Assembly: GCA_964016885.1 (NCBI GenBank)
Contig: OZ024748.1
Location: 34,286,001-34,350,000 of the forward strand
Source: Eledone cirrhosa
Lineage: Eukaryota
Direction: 5' to 3'
Length of the DNA stretch: 64,000 bases
Shown in pieces: positions 1 through 16,680 of the stretch (position 1 is the first letter of the stretch; each line of letters starts with the position of its first letter). The notes beneath the pieces are model-generated. The model had not been told where the DNA came from and ran no database searches. It saw only the letters and a program-made list of their open reading frames with translations. Position numbers and translations under genes: made by a program.

Positions 1-279
1 CCACCACACTCTTACACTCCCCACATTGACACAACACCACACCACCACACTCTCACACTCTCACACTCCCACATTGACACAACACCACACCACCACACTC
101 TCACACTCCCACATTGACACAACACCACACCACCACACTCTCACACTCCCACATTGACACAACACCACACCACCACACTCTTACACTCCCCACTTTGACA
201 CAACACCACACCACCACACTCTCACACTCCCACATTGACACAACACCACACCACCACACTCTTACACTCCCCACTTTGA

Positions 280-3200
280 CACAACACCACACCACCACCC
301 TCTCACACTCCCACATTGACACAACACCACACCACCACACTCTTACACTCCCCACATTGACACAACACCACACCACCACACTCTCAGAATCCCACATTGA
401 CACAACACCACACCACCACACTCTTACACTCCCCACTTTGACACAACACCACACCACCACACTCTTACACTCCCCACTTTGACACAACACCACACCACCA
501 CACTCTCACACTCCCACATTGACACAACACCACACCACCACACTCTTACACTCCCCACATTGACACAACACCACACCACCACACTCTTACGCTCCCCACT
601 TTGACACAACACCACACCACCACACTCTTACACTCCCCACATTGACACAACACCACACCACCACACTCTCACACTCTCACACTCCCACATTGACACAACA
701 CCACACCACCACACTCTCACACTCCCACATTGACACAACACCACACCACCACACTCTCACACTCCCACATTGACACAACACCACACCACCACACTCTTAC
801 ACTCCCCACTTTGACACAACACCACACCACCACACTCTCACACTCCCACATTGACACAACACCACACCACCACACTCTTACACTCCCCACTTTGACACAA
901 CACCACACCACCACACTCTCACACTCCCACATTGACACAACACCACACCACCACAACCTCACACTCCCACAAGAACACAACACCACACCACCACACTCTA
1001 ACACTCCCACAAGGACACAACACCACACCACCACACTCTTACACTCCCCACATTGACACAACACCACACCACCACACTCTTACACTCCCCACTTTGACAC
1101 AACACCACACCACCACACTCTTACACTCCCCACTTTGACACAACACAACACCACCACACTCTTACACTCCCCACATTGACACAACACCACACCCCCACAC
1201 TCTTACACTCCCACATTGACACAACACCACACTACCACACTCTCACACTCCCACATTGACACAACACCACACCACCACACTCTTACACTCCCCACATTGA
1301 CACAACACCACACCCCCACACTCTTACACTCCCCACATTGACACAACACCACACCACCACACTCTCACACTCCCACATTGACACAACACCACACCACCAC
1401 ACTCTCACACTCCCATATCGACACAACACCACACCACCACACTCTTACACTCCCACATTGACACAACACCACACCACCACACTCTTACACTCCCCACATT
1501 GACACAACATCACACCACCACACTCTCACACTCCCCACATTGACACAACACCACACCACCACACTCTTACACTCCCACATTGACACAACACCACACCACC
1601 ACACTCTCACACTCCCACATTGACACAACACCACACGACCACACTCTTACACTCCCACATTGAAATAACACCACACCAGGATATTCTCACACTCCCACAT
1701 AGAAACAACACCACACCACCACATTCTTATACTCCCACAAGGACACAACACGACACCACCACACTCTTACGCTCCCACATTGACACAACACCACAGCACC
1801 ACACTCTCACACCCACAAGAACAAAACACCACACCACCACACTCTCACATTCCCACATTGACACAACACCACACCACCACACACTTACACTCCCACATTG
1901 ACACAGCACCACACCACCACAGTCTCACACTCCCACATTGACGCAACACCACACCACCACACTCTTACACTCCCACATTGACACAACACCACACACATAC
2001 ACTCTCACATTGACGCCACACCACACCACCACACTCTTACACTCCCACATTGACACAACACCACACCACCACACTCTTACACTCCCATAAGAAAACAACA
2101 CCACACCACCACACACTTACACACCCACATTGACACAACACCACACCGCCGCACTATTACACTCCCACATTGAAACAACAACACCACACTCTTATACTCC
2201 CACAGTCACACAACAACACACCATCACACTCTCACACTCCCACATTGACACAACACCACACCACCACACTCTTACACTCCCACATTGACACAACACCACA
2301 CCACCACACTCTTACACTCCCACATTGACACAACACTACACCACCACACTCTCACATTCCCACATTGACACAACACCACACCACCACACTCTTACACTCC
2401 CACATTGACACAACACCACACCACCACACTCTCACACACCCACAAGGACACAACACCACACCACCACAACCTCACACTCCCACAAGAACACAACACCACA
2501 CCACCACACTCTAACACTCCCACAAGGACACAACACCACACCACCACCCTCTCACACTCCCACATTGACACACCACCACACCACCACACTCTTACACTCC
2601 CCACATTGACACAACACCACACCACCACACTCTCACACTCCCACATTGACACAACACCACACCACCACACTCTTACACTCCCCACTTTGACACAACACCA
2701 CACCACCACACTCTTACACTCCCCACTTTGACACAACACCACACCACCACACTCTCACACTCCCACATTGACACAACACCACACCACCACACTCTTACAC
2801 TCCCCACATTGACACAACACCACACCACCACACTCTTACGCTCCCCACTTCGACACAACACCACACCACCACACTCTTACACTCCCCACATTGACACAAC
2901 ACCACACCACCACACTCTCACACTCTCACACTCCCACATTGACACAACACCACACCACCACACTCTCACACTCCCACATTGACACAACACCACACCACCA
3001 CACTCTCACACTCCCACATTGACACAACACCACACCACCACACTCTTACACTCCCCACTTTGACACAACACCACACCACCACACTCTCACACTCCCACAT
3101 TGACACAACACCACACCACCACACTCTTACACTCCCCACTTTGACACAACACCACACCACCACACTCTCACACTCCCACATTGACACAACACCACACCAC

Positions 3201-4620
3201 CACAACCTCACACTCCCACAAGAACACAACACCACACCACCACACTCTAACACTCCCACAAGGACACAACACCACACCACCACACTCTTACACTCCCCAC
3301 ATTGACACAACACCACACCACCACACTCTTACACTCCCCACTTTGACACAACACCACACCACCACACTCTTACACTCCCCACTTTGACACAACACAACAC
3401 CACCACACTCTTACACTCCCCACATTGACACAACACCACACCCCCACACTCTTACACTCCCACATTGACACAACACCACACTACCACACTCTCACACTCC
3501 CACATTGACACAACACCACACCACCACACTCTTACACTCCCCACATTGACACAACACCACACCCCCACACTCTTACACTCCCCACATTGACACAACACCA
3601 CACCACCACACTCTCACACTCCCACATTGACACAACACCACACCACCACACTCTCACACTCCCATATCGACACAACACCACACCACCACACTCTTACACT
3701 CCCACATTGACACAACACCACACCACCACACTCTTACACTCCCCACATTGACACAACATCACACCACCACACTCTCACACTCCCCACATTGACACAACAC
3801 CACACCACCACACTCTTACACTCCCACATTGACACAACACCACACCACCACACTCTCACACTCCCACATTGACACAACACCACACGACCACACTCTTACA
3901 CTCCCACATTGAAATAACACCACACCAGGATATTCTCACACTCCCACATAGAAACAACACCACACCACCACAGTCTCACACTCCCACATTGACACAACAC
4001 CACACCACCACACTCTTACACTCCCCACTTTGACACAACACCACACACATACACTCTCACATTGACGCCACACCACACCACCACACTCTTACACTCCCAC
4101 ATTGACACAACACCACACCACCACACTCTTACACTCCCATAAGAAAACAACACCACACCACCACACACTTACACACCCACATTGACACAACACCACACCG
4201 CCGCACTATTACACTCCCACATTGAAACAACAACACCACACTCTTATACTCCCACAGTCACACAACAACACACCACCACACTCTCACACTCCCACATTGA
4301 CACAACACCACACCACCACACTCTTACACTCCCACATTGACACAACACCACACCACCACACTCTTACACTCCCACATTGACACAACACTACACCACCACA
4401 CTCTCACATTCCCACATTGACACAACACCACACCACCACACTCTTACACTCCCACATTGACACAACACCACACCACCACACTCTCACACACCCACAAGGA
4501 CACAACACCACACCATCACAACCTCACACTCCCACAAGAACACAACACCACACCACCACACTCTAACACTCCCACAAGGACACAACACCACACCACCACA
4601 CTCTCACACTCCCACATTGA
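280..4620 (+). repeat. Tandem duplication, unit about 2.25 kb (about 280-2528 and 2529-4620); the second copy lacks 198 bp
   Basis: ORF pairs 424/2673, 717/2966 and 932/3181 are offset by 2249. The rare marker TGAAATAACACCACACCAGGATATTC occurs at about 1661 and 3910. The offset then falls to about 2051-2052 (AGTCTC at 1921/3972; ORFs 2405/4457). Confidence 0.9.
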
Positions 4621-5159
4621 CACAACACCACACCACCACACTCTTACACTCCCACATTGACACAACACCACACCACCACACTCCCACATTGACACAACAA
4701 CACCACACTCTTATACTCACACACTCACACAACACCACACCACCACACTCTCACGCTCCCAGATTGACACAACACCACACCTCCACACTCTCACACTCCC
4801 ACATTGACACAACACCACACCACCACAATCTCACACTCCCACATTGACACAACACCACACCACCACACACTCACACTCCCACATTGACACAACACCACAC
4901 CACCACACTCTTACACTCCCACATTGACACAACACTACACCACCACACTCTCACATTCCCACATTGACACAACACCACACCACCACACTCTTACACTCCC
5001 ACATTGACACAACACCACACCACCACATCCTCACACTCCCACAAGGACACAACACCACACCACCACAACCTCACACTCCCACAAGAACACAACACCACAC
5101 CACCACACTCTAACACTCCCACAAGGACACAACACCACACCACCACACTCTCACACTCC

Positions 5160-8100
5160 CACATTGATACAACACCACACCACCACACTCTTACACTCCC
5201 CACATTGACACAACACTACACCACCACACTCTTACACTCCCCACATTGACACAACACCACACCACCACACTCTCACACTCCCACATTGACACAACACCAC
5301 CACAATCTTACACTCCGCACATTGACACAACACCCCACCCCCACACTCTTACACTCCCACATTGACACAACACCACACCACCACACTCTCACACTCCCAC
5401 ATTGACACAACACCACACCACCACACTCTTACACTCCCCACTTTGACATAACACCACACCCCCACACTCTTACACTCCTACATTGACACAACACCACACC
5501 ACCACACTCTCACACTCCCACATTGACACAACACCACACCACCACACTCTCACACTCCCACATTGACACAACACCACACCACCACACTCTCACACTCCCA
5601 CATTGACACAACACCACACCACCACACTCTCACACTCCCACATTGACACAACACCACACCACCACACTCTCACACTCCCACATTGACACAACACCACACC
5701 ACCACACTCTTACACTCCCCACTTTGACACAACACCACACCACCTCACTCTCACACTCCCACATTGACACAACACCACACCCCCACACTCTTACACTCCC
5801 ACATTGACACAACACCACACCACCACACTCTCACACTCCCACATTGACACAACACCACACCACCACACTCTTACACTCCCCACATTGACACAACACCACA
5901 CCCCCACACTCTTACACTCCCCACATTGACACAACACCACGCCACCACACTCTCACACTCCCCACATTGACACAACACCACACCACCACACTCTTACACT
6001 CCCCACTTTGACACAACACCACACCACCACACTCTCACACTACCACATTGACACAACACCACACCCCCACACTCTTACACTCCCACATTGACACAACACC
6101 ACACCACCACACTCTCACACTCCCACATTGACACAACACCACACCACCACACTCTTACACTCCCCACATTGACACAACACCACACCCCCACACTCTTACA
6201 CTCCCCACATTGACACAACACCACGCCACCACACTCTCACACTCCCATATCGAAACAACACCACACCACCACACTCTTACACTCCCACATTGACACAACA
6301 CCACACCACCACACTCTTACACTCCCCACATTGACACAACATCACACCACCACACTCTCACACTCCCCACATTGACACAACACCACACCACCACACTCTT
6401 ACACTCCCACATTGACACAACACCACACCACCACACTCTCACACTCCCACATTGACACAACACCACACGACCTCACTCTTACACTCCCACAAGAACACAA
6501 CACCACACCACCACACTCTTACACTCCCACATTGACACAACACCACACCATCACACTCTCACACTCCCACATTGACACAACACCACACCACCACACTCTT
6601 ACACTCCCACATTGACACAACGCCACACCACCACACTCTTACACTCCCCACATTGACACAACACCACACCACCACACTCTCACACTCCCATATCGACACA
6701 ACACCACACCACCACACTCTTACACTCCCACATTGACACAACACCACACCACCACACTCTCACACACCCACAAGGACACAACACCACACCACCACAACCT
6801 CACACTCCCACAAGAACACAACACCACACCACCACACTCTAACACTCCCACAAGGACACAACACCACACCACCACACTCTCACACACCCACATTAACATA
6901 ACACCACACCACCACACTCTTACACTCCCACATTGACACAACACCACACCACCACACTCTCACACTCCCACATTGAAACAACACCACACCACCACACTCT
7001 TACACTCCCACATTGACACAACACTACACCACCACACTCTCACATTCCCACATTGACACAACACCACACCACCACACTCTTACACTCCCACATTGACACA
7101 ACACCACACCACCACATCCTCACACTCCCACAAGGACACAACACCACACCACCACAACCTCACACTCCCACAAGAACACAACACCACACCACCACACTCT
7201 AACACTCCCACAAGGACACAACACCACACCACCACACTCTCACACTCCCACATTGATACAACACCACACCACCACACTCTTACACTCCCCAAATTGACAC
7301 GACACTACACCACCACACTCTTACACTCCCCACATTGAGACAACACCACACCACCACACTCTTACACTCCCACATTGATACAACACTACACCACCACACT
7401 CTTACACTCCCCACATTGACACAACACCACCACAATCTTACACTCCGCACATTGACACAACACCCCACCCCACACTCTTACACTCCCACATTGACACAAC
7501 ACCACACCACCACACACTTACACTCCCCACTTTGACACAACACCACACCCCCACACTCTTACACTCCCCACATTGACACAACACCACACCACCACACTCT
7601 CACACTCCCACATTGACACAACACCACACCACCACACTCTCACACTCCCACATTGACACAACACCACACCACCACACTCTCACACTCCCACATTGACACA
7701 ACACCACACCACCACACTCTCACACTCCCACATTGACACAACACCACACCACCACACTCTTACACTCCCCACTTTGACACAACACCACACCACCACACTC
7801 TCACACTCCCACATTGACACAACACCACAGCACCACACTCTCACACTCCCACATTGACACAACACCACACCACCACACTCTTACACTCCCCACTTTGACA
7901 CAACACCACACCACCACACTCTTACACTCCCCACATTGACACAACACCACACCACCACACTCTTACATTCCCCACTTTGACACAACACCACACCACCACA
8001 CTCTTACACTCCCCACTTTGACACAACACCACACCACCACACTCTTACACTCCCCACATTGACACAACACCACACCCCCACACTCTTACACTCCCACATT

Positions 8101-9860
8101 GACACAACACCACACCACCACACTCTCACACTCCCACATTGACACAACACCACACCACCACACTCTTACACTCCCCACATTGACACAACACCACACCCCC
8201 ACACTCTTACACTCCCACATTGATACAACACCACACCACCACACTCTTACACTCCCCACATTGACACAACACCACACCACCACACTCTCACACTCCCACA
8301 TTGACACAACACCACGCCACCACTCTTTCACACTCCCCACATTGACACAACACCACACCACCACACTCTCACACTCCAACATTGATACAACACCACACCA
8401 CCACACTCTTACACTCCCCACATTGACACAACACTACACCACCACACTCTTACACTCCCCACATTGACACAACACCACACCACCACACTCTCACACTCCC
8501 ACATTGACACAACACCACCACAATCTTACACTCCGCACATTGACACAACACCCCACCCCCACACTCTTACACTCCCACATTGACACAACACCACACCACC
8601 ACACTCTCACACTCCCACATTGACACAACACCACACCACCACACTCTTACACTCCCCACTTTGACACAACACCACACCCCCACACTCTTACACTCCTACA
8701 TTGACACAACACCACACCACCACACACTCACACTCCCACATTGACACAACACCACACCACCACACTCTCACACTCCCACATTGACACAACACCACACCAC
8801 CACACTCTCACACTCCCACATTGACACAACACCACACCACCACACTCTCACACTCCCACATTGACACACCACCACACCACCACACTCTCACACTCCCACA
8901 TTGACACAACACCACACCACCACACTCTTACACTCCCCACTTTGACACAACACCACACCACCTCACTCTCACACTCCCACATTGACACAACACCACACCC
9001 CCACACTCTTACACTCCCACATTGACACAACACCACACCACCACACTCTCACACTCCCACATTGACACAACACCACACCACCACACTCTTACACTCCCCA
9101 CATTGACACAACACCACACCCCCACACTCTTACACTCCCCACATTGACACAACACCACGCCACCACACTCTCACACTCCCCACATTGACACAACACCACA
9201 CCACCACACTCTTACACTCCCCACTTTGACACAACACCACACCACCACACTCTCACACTACCACATTGACACAACACCACACCCCCACAATCTTACACTC
9301 CCACATTGACACAACACCACACCACCACACTCTCACACTCCCACATTGACACAACACCACACCACCACACTCTTACACTCCCCACATTGACACAACACCA
9401 CACCCCCACACTCTTACACTCCCCACATTGACACAACACCACGCCACCACACTCTCACACTCCCATATCGAAACAACACCACACCACCACACTCTTACAC
9501 TCCCACATTGACACAACACCACACCACCACACTCTTACACTCCCCACATTGACACAACATCACACCACCACACTCTCACACTCCCCACATTGACACAACA
9601 CCACACCACCACACTCTTACACTCCCACATTGACACAACACCACACCACCACACTCTCACACTCCCACATTGACACAACACCACACGACCTCACTCTTAC
9701 ACTCCCACAAGAACACAACACCACACCACCACACTCTTACACTCCCACATTGACACAACACCACACCATCACACTCTCACACTCCCACATTGACACAACA
9801 CCACACCACCACACTCTTACACTCCCACATTGACACAACGCCACACCACCACACTCTTAC
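5160..9860 (+). repeat. Duplicated block of about 1.5 kb (about 5160-6640 and 8380-9860), offset 3218
   Basis: ORF pairs 5630/8848 and 6412/9630. Shared rare variants include CACCTCACTC, TACCACATTG (6041/9259) and CGAAAC (6251/9469). Confidence 0.85.
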
Positions 9861-10869
9861 ACTCCCACATTGACACAACACTACACCACCACACTCTCAC
9901 ATTCCCACATTGACACAACACCACACCACCACACTCTTACACTCCCACATTGACACAACACCACACCACCACATCCTCACACTCCCACAAGGACACAACA
10001 CCACACCACCACAACCTCACACTCCCACAAGAACACAACACCACACCACCACACTCTAACACTCCCACAAGGACACAACACCACACCACCACACTCTCAC
10101 ACTCCCACATTGATACAACACCACACCACCACACTCTTACACTCCCCAAATTGACACGACACTACACCACCACACTCTTACACTCCCCACATTGACACAA
10201 CACCACACCACCACACTCTTACACTCCCACATTGATACAACACTACACCACCACACTCTTACACTCCCCACATTGACACAACACCACCACAATCTTACAC
10301 TCCGCACATTGACACAACACCCCACCCCACACTCTTACACTCCCACATTGACACAACACCACACCACCACACACTTACACTCCCCACTTTGACACAACAC
10401 CACACCCCCACACTCTTACACTCCCCACATTGACACAACACCACACCACCACACTCTCACACTCCCACATTGACACAACACCACACCACCACACTCTCAC
10501 ACTCCCACATTGACACAACACCACACCACCACACTCTCACAATCCCACATTGACACAACACCACACCACCACACTCTTACACTCCCACATTGACACAACA
10601 CCACACCACCACACTCTTACACTCCCATAAGAAAACAACACCACACCACCACCCTCTCACACTCCCACATTGACACAACACCACACCACCACACTCTTAC
10701 ACTCCCCACTTTGACACAACACCACACCACCACACTCTTACACTCCCCACATTGACACAACACCACACCACCACACTCTTACACTCCCCACTTTGACACA
10801 ACACCACACCACCACACTCTTACACTCCCCACTTTGACACAACACCACACCACCACACTCTTACACTCC

Positions 10870-13800
10870 CCACATTGACACAACACCACACCCCCACACT
10901 CTTACACTCCCACATTGACACAACACCACACCACCACACTCTCACACTCCCACATTGACACAACACCACACCACCACACTCTTACACTCCCCACATTGAC
11001 ACAACACCACACCCCCACACTCTTACACTCCCCACATTGACACAACACCACGCCACCACTCTCTCACACTCCCCACATTGACACAACACCACACCACCAC
11101 ACTCTCACACTCCCATATCGACACAACACCACACCACCACACTCTTACACTCCCACATTGACACAACACCACACCACCAAACTCTTACACTCCCACATTG
11201 ACACAACACTACACCACCACACTCTCACATTCCCACATTGACACAACACCACACCACCACACTCTTACACTCCCACATTGACACAACACCACACCACCAC
11301 ATCCTCACACTCCCACAAGGACACAACACCACACCACCACAACCTCACACTCCCACAAGAACACAACACCACACCACCACACTCTAACACTCCCACAAGG
11401 ACACAACACCACACCACCACACTCTCACACTCCCACATTGATACAACACCACACCACCACACTCTTACACTCCCCAAATTGACACGACACTACACCACCA
11501 CACTCTTACACTCCCCACATTGACACAACACCACACCACCACACTCTTACACTCCCACATTGATACAACACTACACCACCACACTCTTACACTCCCCACA
11601 TTGACACAACACCACCACAATCTTACACTCCGCACATTGACACAACACCCCACCCCACACTCTTACACTCCCACATTGACACAACACCACACCAACACAC
11701 ACTTACACTCCCCACTTTGACACAACACCACACCCCCACACTCTTACACTCCCCACATTGACACAACACCACACCACCACACTCTCACACTCCCACATTG
11801 ACACAACACCACACCACCACACTCTCACACTCCCACATTGACACAACACCACACCACCACACTCTCACACTCCCACATTGACACAACACCACACCACCAC
11901 ACTCTTACACTCCCCACTTTGACACAACACCACACCACCACACTCTCACACTCCCACATTGACACAACACCACAGCACCACACTCTCACACTCCCACATT
12001 GACACAACACCACACCACCACACTCTTACACTCCCCACTTTGACACAACACCACACCACCACACTCTTACACTCCCCACATTGACACAACACCACACCAC
12101 CACACTCTTACACTCCCCACTTTGACACAACACCACACCACCACACTCTTACACTCCCCACTTTGACACAACACCACACCACCACACTCTTACACTCCCC
12201 ACATTGACGCCAACACCACACCCCCACACTCTTACACTCCCACATTGACACAACACCACACCACCACACTCTCACACTCCCACATTGACACAACACCACA
12301 CCACCACACTCTTACACTCCCCACATTGACACAACACCACACCCCCACACTCTTACACTCCCCACATTGACACAACACCACGCCACCACTCTCTCACACT
12401 CCCCACATTGACACAACACCATACCACCACACTCTCACACTCCCATATCGACACAACACCACACCACCACACTCTTACACTCCCACATTGACACAACACC
12501 ACACCACCAAACTCTTACACTCCCCACATTGACACAACATCACACCACCACACTCTCACACTCCCCACATTGACACAACACCACACCACCACACTCTTAC
12601 ACTCCCACATTGACACAACACCACACCACCACACTCTTACACTCCCACATTGACACAACACCACACCACCACACTCTTACACTCCCCACATTGACACAAC
12701 ATCACACCACCACACTCTTACACTCCCACATTGACACAACACCACACCACCACACTCTTACACTCCCACATTGACACAACACCACACCACCACACTCTTA
12801 CACTCCCACATTGACACAACACCACACAACCACACTCTTACACTCCCCACTTTGACACAAACCACACCACCACACTCTTACACTCCCACATTGACACAAC
12901 ACCACACCACCACACACTTACACTCTCACAAGAACACAACACCACACCACCACACTCTTACACTCCCACATTGACACAACACCACACGACCACACTCTTA
13001 CACTCCCACAAGAACACAACACCACACCACCACACTCTTACACTCCCACATTGACACAACACCACACGACCACACTCTTACACTCCCACAAGAACACAAC
13101 ACCACACCACCACACTCTTACACTCCCCACATTGACACAACACCACACGACCACACTCTTACACTCCCACAAGAACACAACACCACACCACCACACTCTC
13201 ACACTCCCATATCGACACAACACCACACCACCACACACTTACACTCCCACATCGACACAACATCACACCACCACACTCTTACACTCCCACATTGACACAA
13301 CACCACACCACCACACTCTTACACTCCCACTTTGACACAACACCACAACACCACACACATACACTCTCACATTGACGCCACACCACACCACCACACTCTT
13401 ACACTCCCACATTGACACAACACCACACCACCACACTCTCACACTCCCATAAGAAAACAACACCACACCACCACCCTCTCACACTCCCACATTGACACAA
13501 CACCACACCGCCGCACTATTATACTCCCACATTGAAACAACAACACCACACTCTTATACTCCCACAGTCACACAACACCACCACACTCTCACACTCCCAC
13601 ATTGACACAACACCACACCACCACACTCTTACACTCCCACATTGACACAACACCACACCACCACACTCTTACACTCCCACATTGACACAACACTACACCA
13701 CCACACTCTCACATTCCCACATTGACACAACACCACACCACCACACTCTTACACTCCCACATTGACACAACACCACACCACCACACTCTCACACACCCAC

Positions 13801-16680
13801 AAGGACACAACACCACACCACCACAACCTCACACTCCCACAAGAACACAACACCACACCACCACACTCTAACACTCCCACAAGGACACAACACCACACCA
13901 CCACACTCTCACACTCCCACATTGATACAACACTACACCACCACACTCTTACACTCCCCACATTGACACAACACTACACCACCACACTCTTACACTCCCC
14001 ACATTGACACAACACCACACCACCACACTCTTACACTCCCACATTGACACAACACTACACCACCACACTCTTACACACCCCACATTGACACAACACTACA
14101 CCACCACACTCTTACACTCCCCACATTGACACAACACCACACCACCACACTCTCACACTCCCACATTGACACAACACCACCACAATCTTACACTCCGCAC
14201 ATTGACACAACACCCCACCCCCACACTCTTACACTCCCACATTGACACAACACCACACCACCACACTCTCACACTCCCACATTGACACAACACCACACCA
14301 CCACACACTTACACTCCCCACTTTGACACAACACCACACCCCCACACTCTTACACTCCCCACATTGACACAACACCACACCACCACACTCTTACACTCCC
14401 ACATTGACACAACACCACACCACCACACTCTCACACTCCCACATTGACACAACACCACACCACCACACTCTCACACTCCCACATTGACACAACACAACAC
14501 CACCACACTCTCACACTCCCACATTGACACAACACCACACCACCACACTCTCACACTCCCACATTGACACAACACCACACCACCACACTCTTACACTCCC
14601 CACTTTGACACAACACCACACCACCACACTCTTACACTCCCCACATTGACACAACACCACACCACCACACTCTTACACTCCCCACTTTGACACAACACCA
14701 CACCACCACACTCTTACACTCCCCACTTTGACACAACACCACACCACCACACTCTTACACTCCCCACATTGACACAACACCACACCCCCACACTCTTACC
14801 CTCCCCACATTGACACAACACCACGCCACCACACTCTCACACTCCCCACATTGACACAACACCACACCACCACACTCTCACACTCCCATATCGACACAAC
14901 ACCACACCACCACACTCTTACACTCCCACATTGACACAGCACCACACCACCACACTCTTACACTCCCCACATTGACACAACACCACACCACCACACTCTC
15001 ACACTCCCACATTGACACAACACCACCACAATCTTACACTCCGCACATTGACACAACACCCCACCCCCACACTCTTACACTCCCACATTGACACAACACC
15101 ACACCACCACACTCTCACACTCCCACATTGACACAACACCACACCCCCACACTCTTACACTCCCACATTGACACAACACCACACCACCACACTCTCACAC
15201 TCCCACATTGACACAACACCACACCACCACACTCTTACACTCCCCACATTGACACAACACCACACCCCCACACTCTTACACTCCCCACATTGACACAACA
15301 CCACGCCACCACTCTCTCACACTCCCCACATTGACACAACACCACACCACCACACTCTCACACTCCCATATCGACACAACACCACACCACCACACTCTTA
15401 CACTCCCACATTGACACAACACCACACCACCAAACTCTTACACTCCCACATTGACACAACACTACACCACCACACTCTCACATTCCCACATTGACACAAC
15501 ACCACACCACCACACTCTTACACTCCCACATTGACACAACACCACACCACCACATCCTCACACTCCCACAAGGACACAACACCACACCACCACAACCTCA
15601 CACTCCCACAAGAACACAACACCACACCACCACACTCTAACACTCCCACAAGGACACAACACCACACCACCACACTCTCACACTCCCACATTGATACAAC
15701 ACCACACCACCACACTCTTACACTCCCCAAATTGACACGACACTACACCACCACACTCTTACACTCCCCACATTGACACAACACCACACCACCACACTCT
15801 TACACTCCCACATTGATACAACACTACACCACCACACTCTTACACTCCCCACATTGACACAACACCACCACAATCTTACACTCCGCACATTGACACAACA
15901 CCCCACCCCACACTCTTACACTCCCACATTGACACAACACCACACCAACACACACTTACACTCCCCACTTTGACACAACACCACACCCCCACACTCTTAC
16001 ACTCCCCACATTGACACAACACCACACCACCACACTCTCACACTCCCACATTGACACAACACCACACCACCACACTCTCACACTCCCACATTGACACAAC
16101 ACCACACCACCACACTCTCACACTCCCACATTGACACAACACCACACCACCACACTCTTACACTCCCCACTTTGACACAACACCACACCACCACACTCTC
16201 ACACTCCCACATTGACACAACACCACAGCACCACACTCTCACACTCCCACATTGACACAACACCACACCACCACACTCTTACACTCCCCACTTTGACACA
16301 ACACCACACCACCACACTCTTACACTCCCCACATTGACACAACACCACACCACCACACTCTTACACTCCCCACTTTGACACAACACCACACCACCACACT
16401 CTTACACTCCCCACTTTGACACAACACCACACCACCACACTCTTACACTCCCCACATTGACACAACACCACACCCCCACACTCTTACACTCCCACATTGA
16501 CACAACACCACACCACCACACTCTCACACTCCCACATTGACACAACACCACACCACCACACTCTTACACTCCCCACATTGACACAACACCACACCCCCAC
16601 ACTCTTACACTCCCCACATTGACACAACACCACGCCACCACTCTCTCACACTCCCCACATTGACACAACACCATACCACC
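10870..16680 (+). repeat. Duplicated block of about 1.55 kb (about 10870-12430 and 15125-16680), offset about 4253
   Basis: ORF pairs 11265/15518, 11520/15773 and 11825/16078. Shared variants include CGCCACCACTCTCTC (11051/15304) and ACCAACACAC. Confidence 0.85.
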
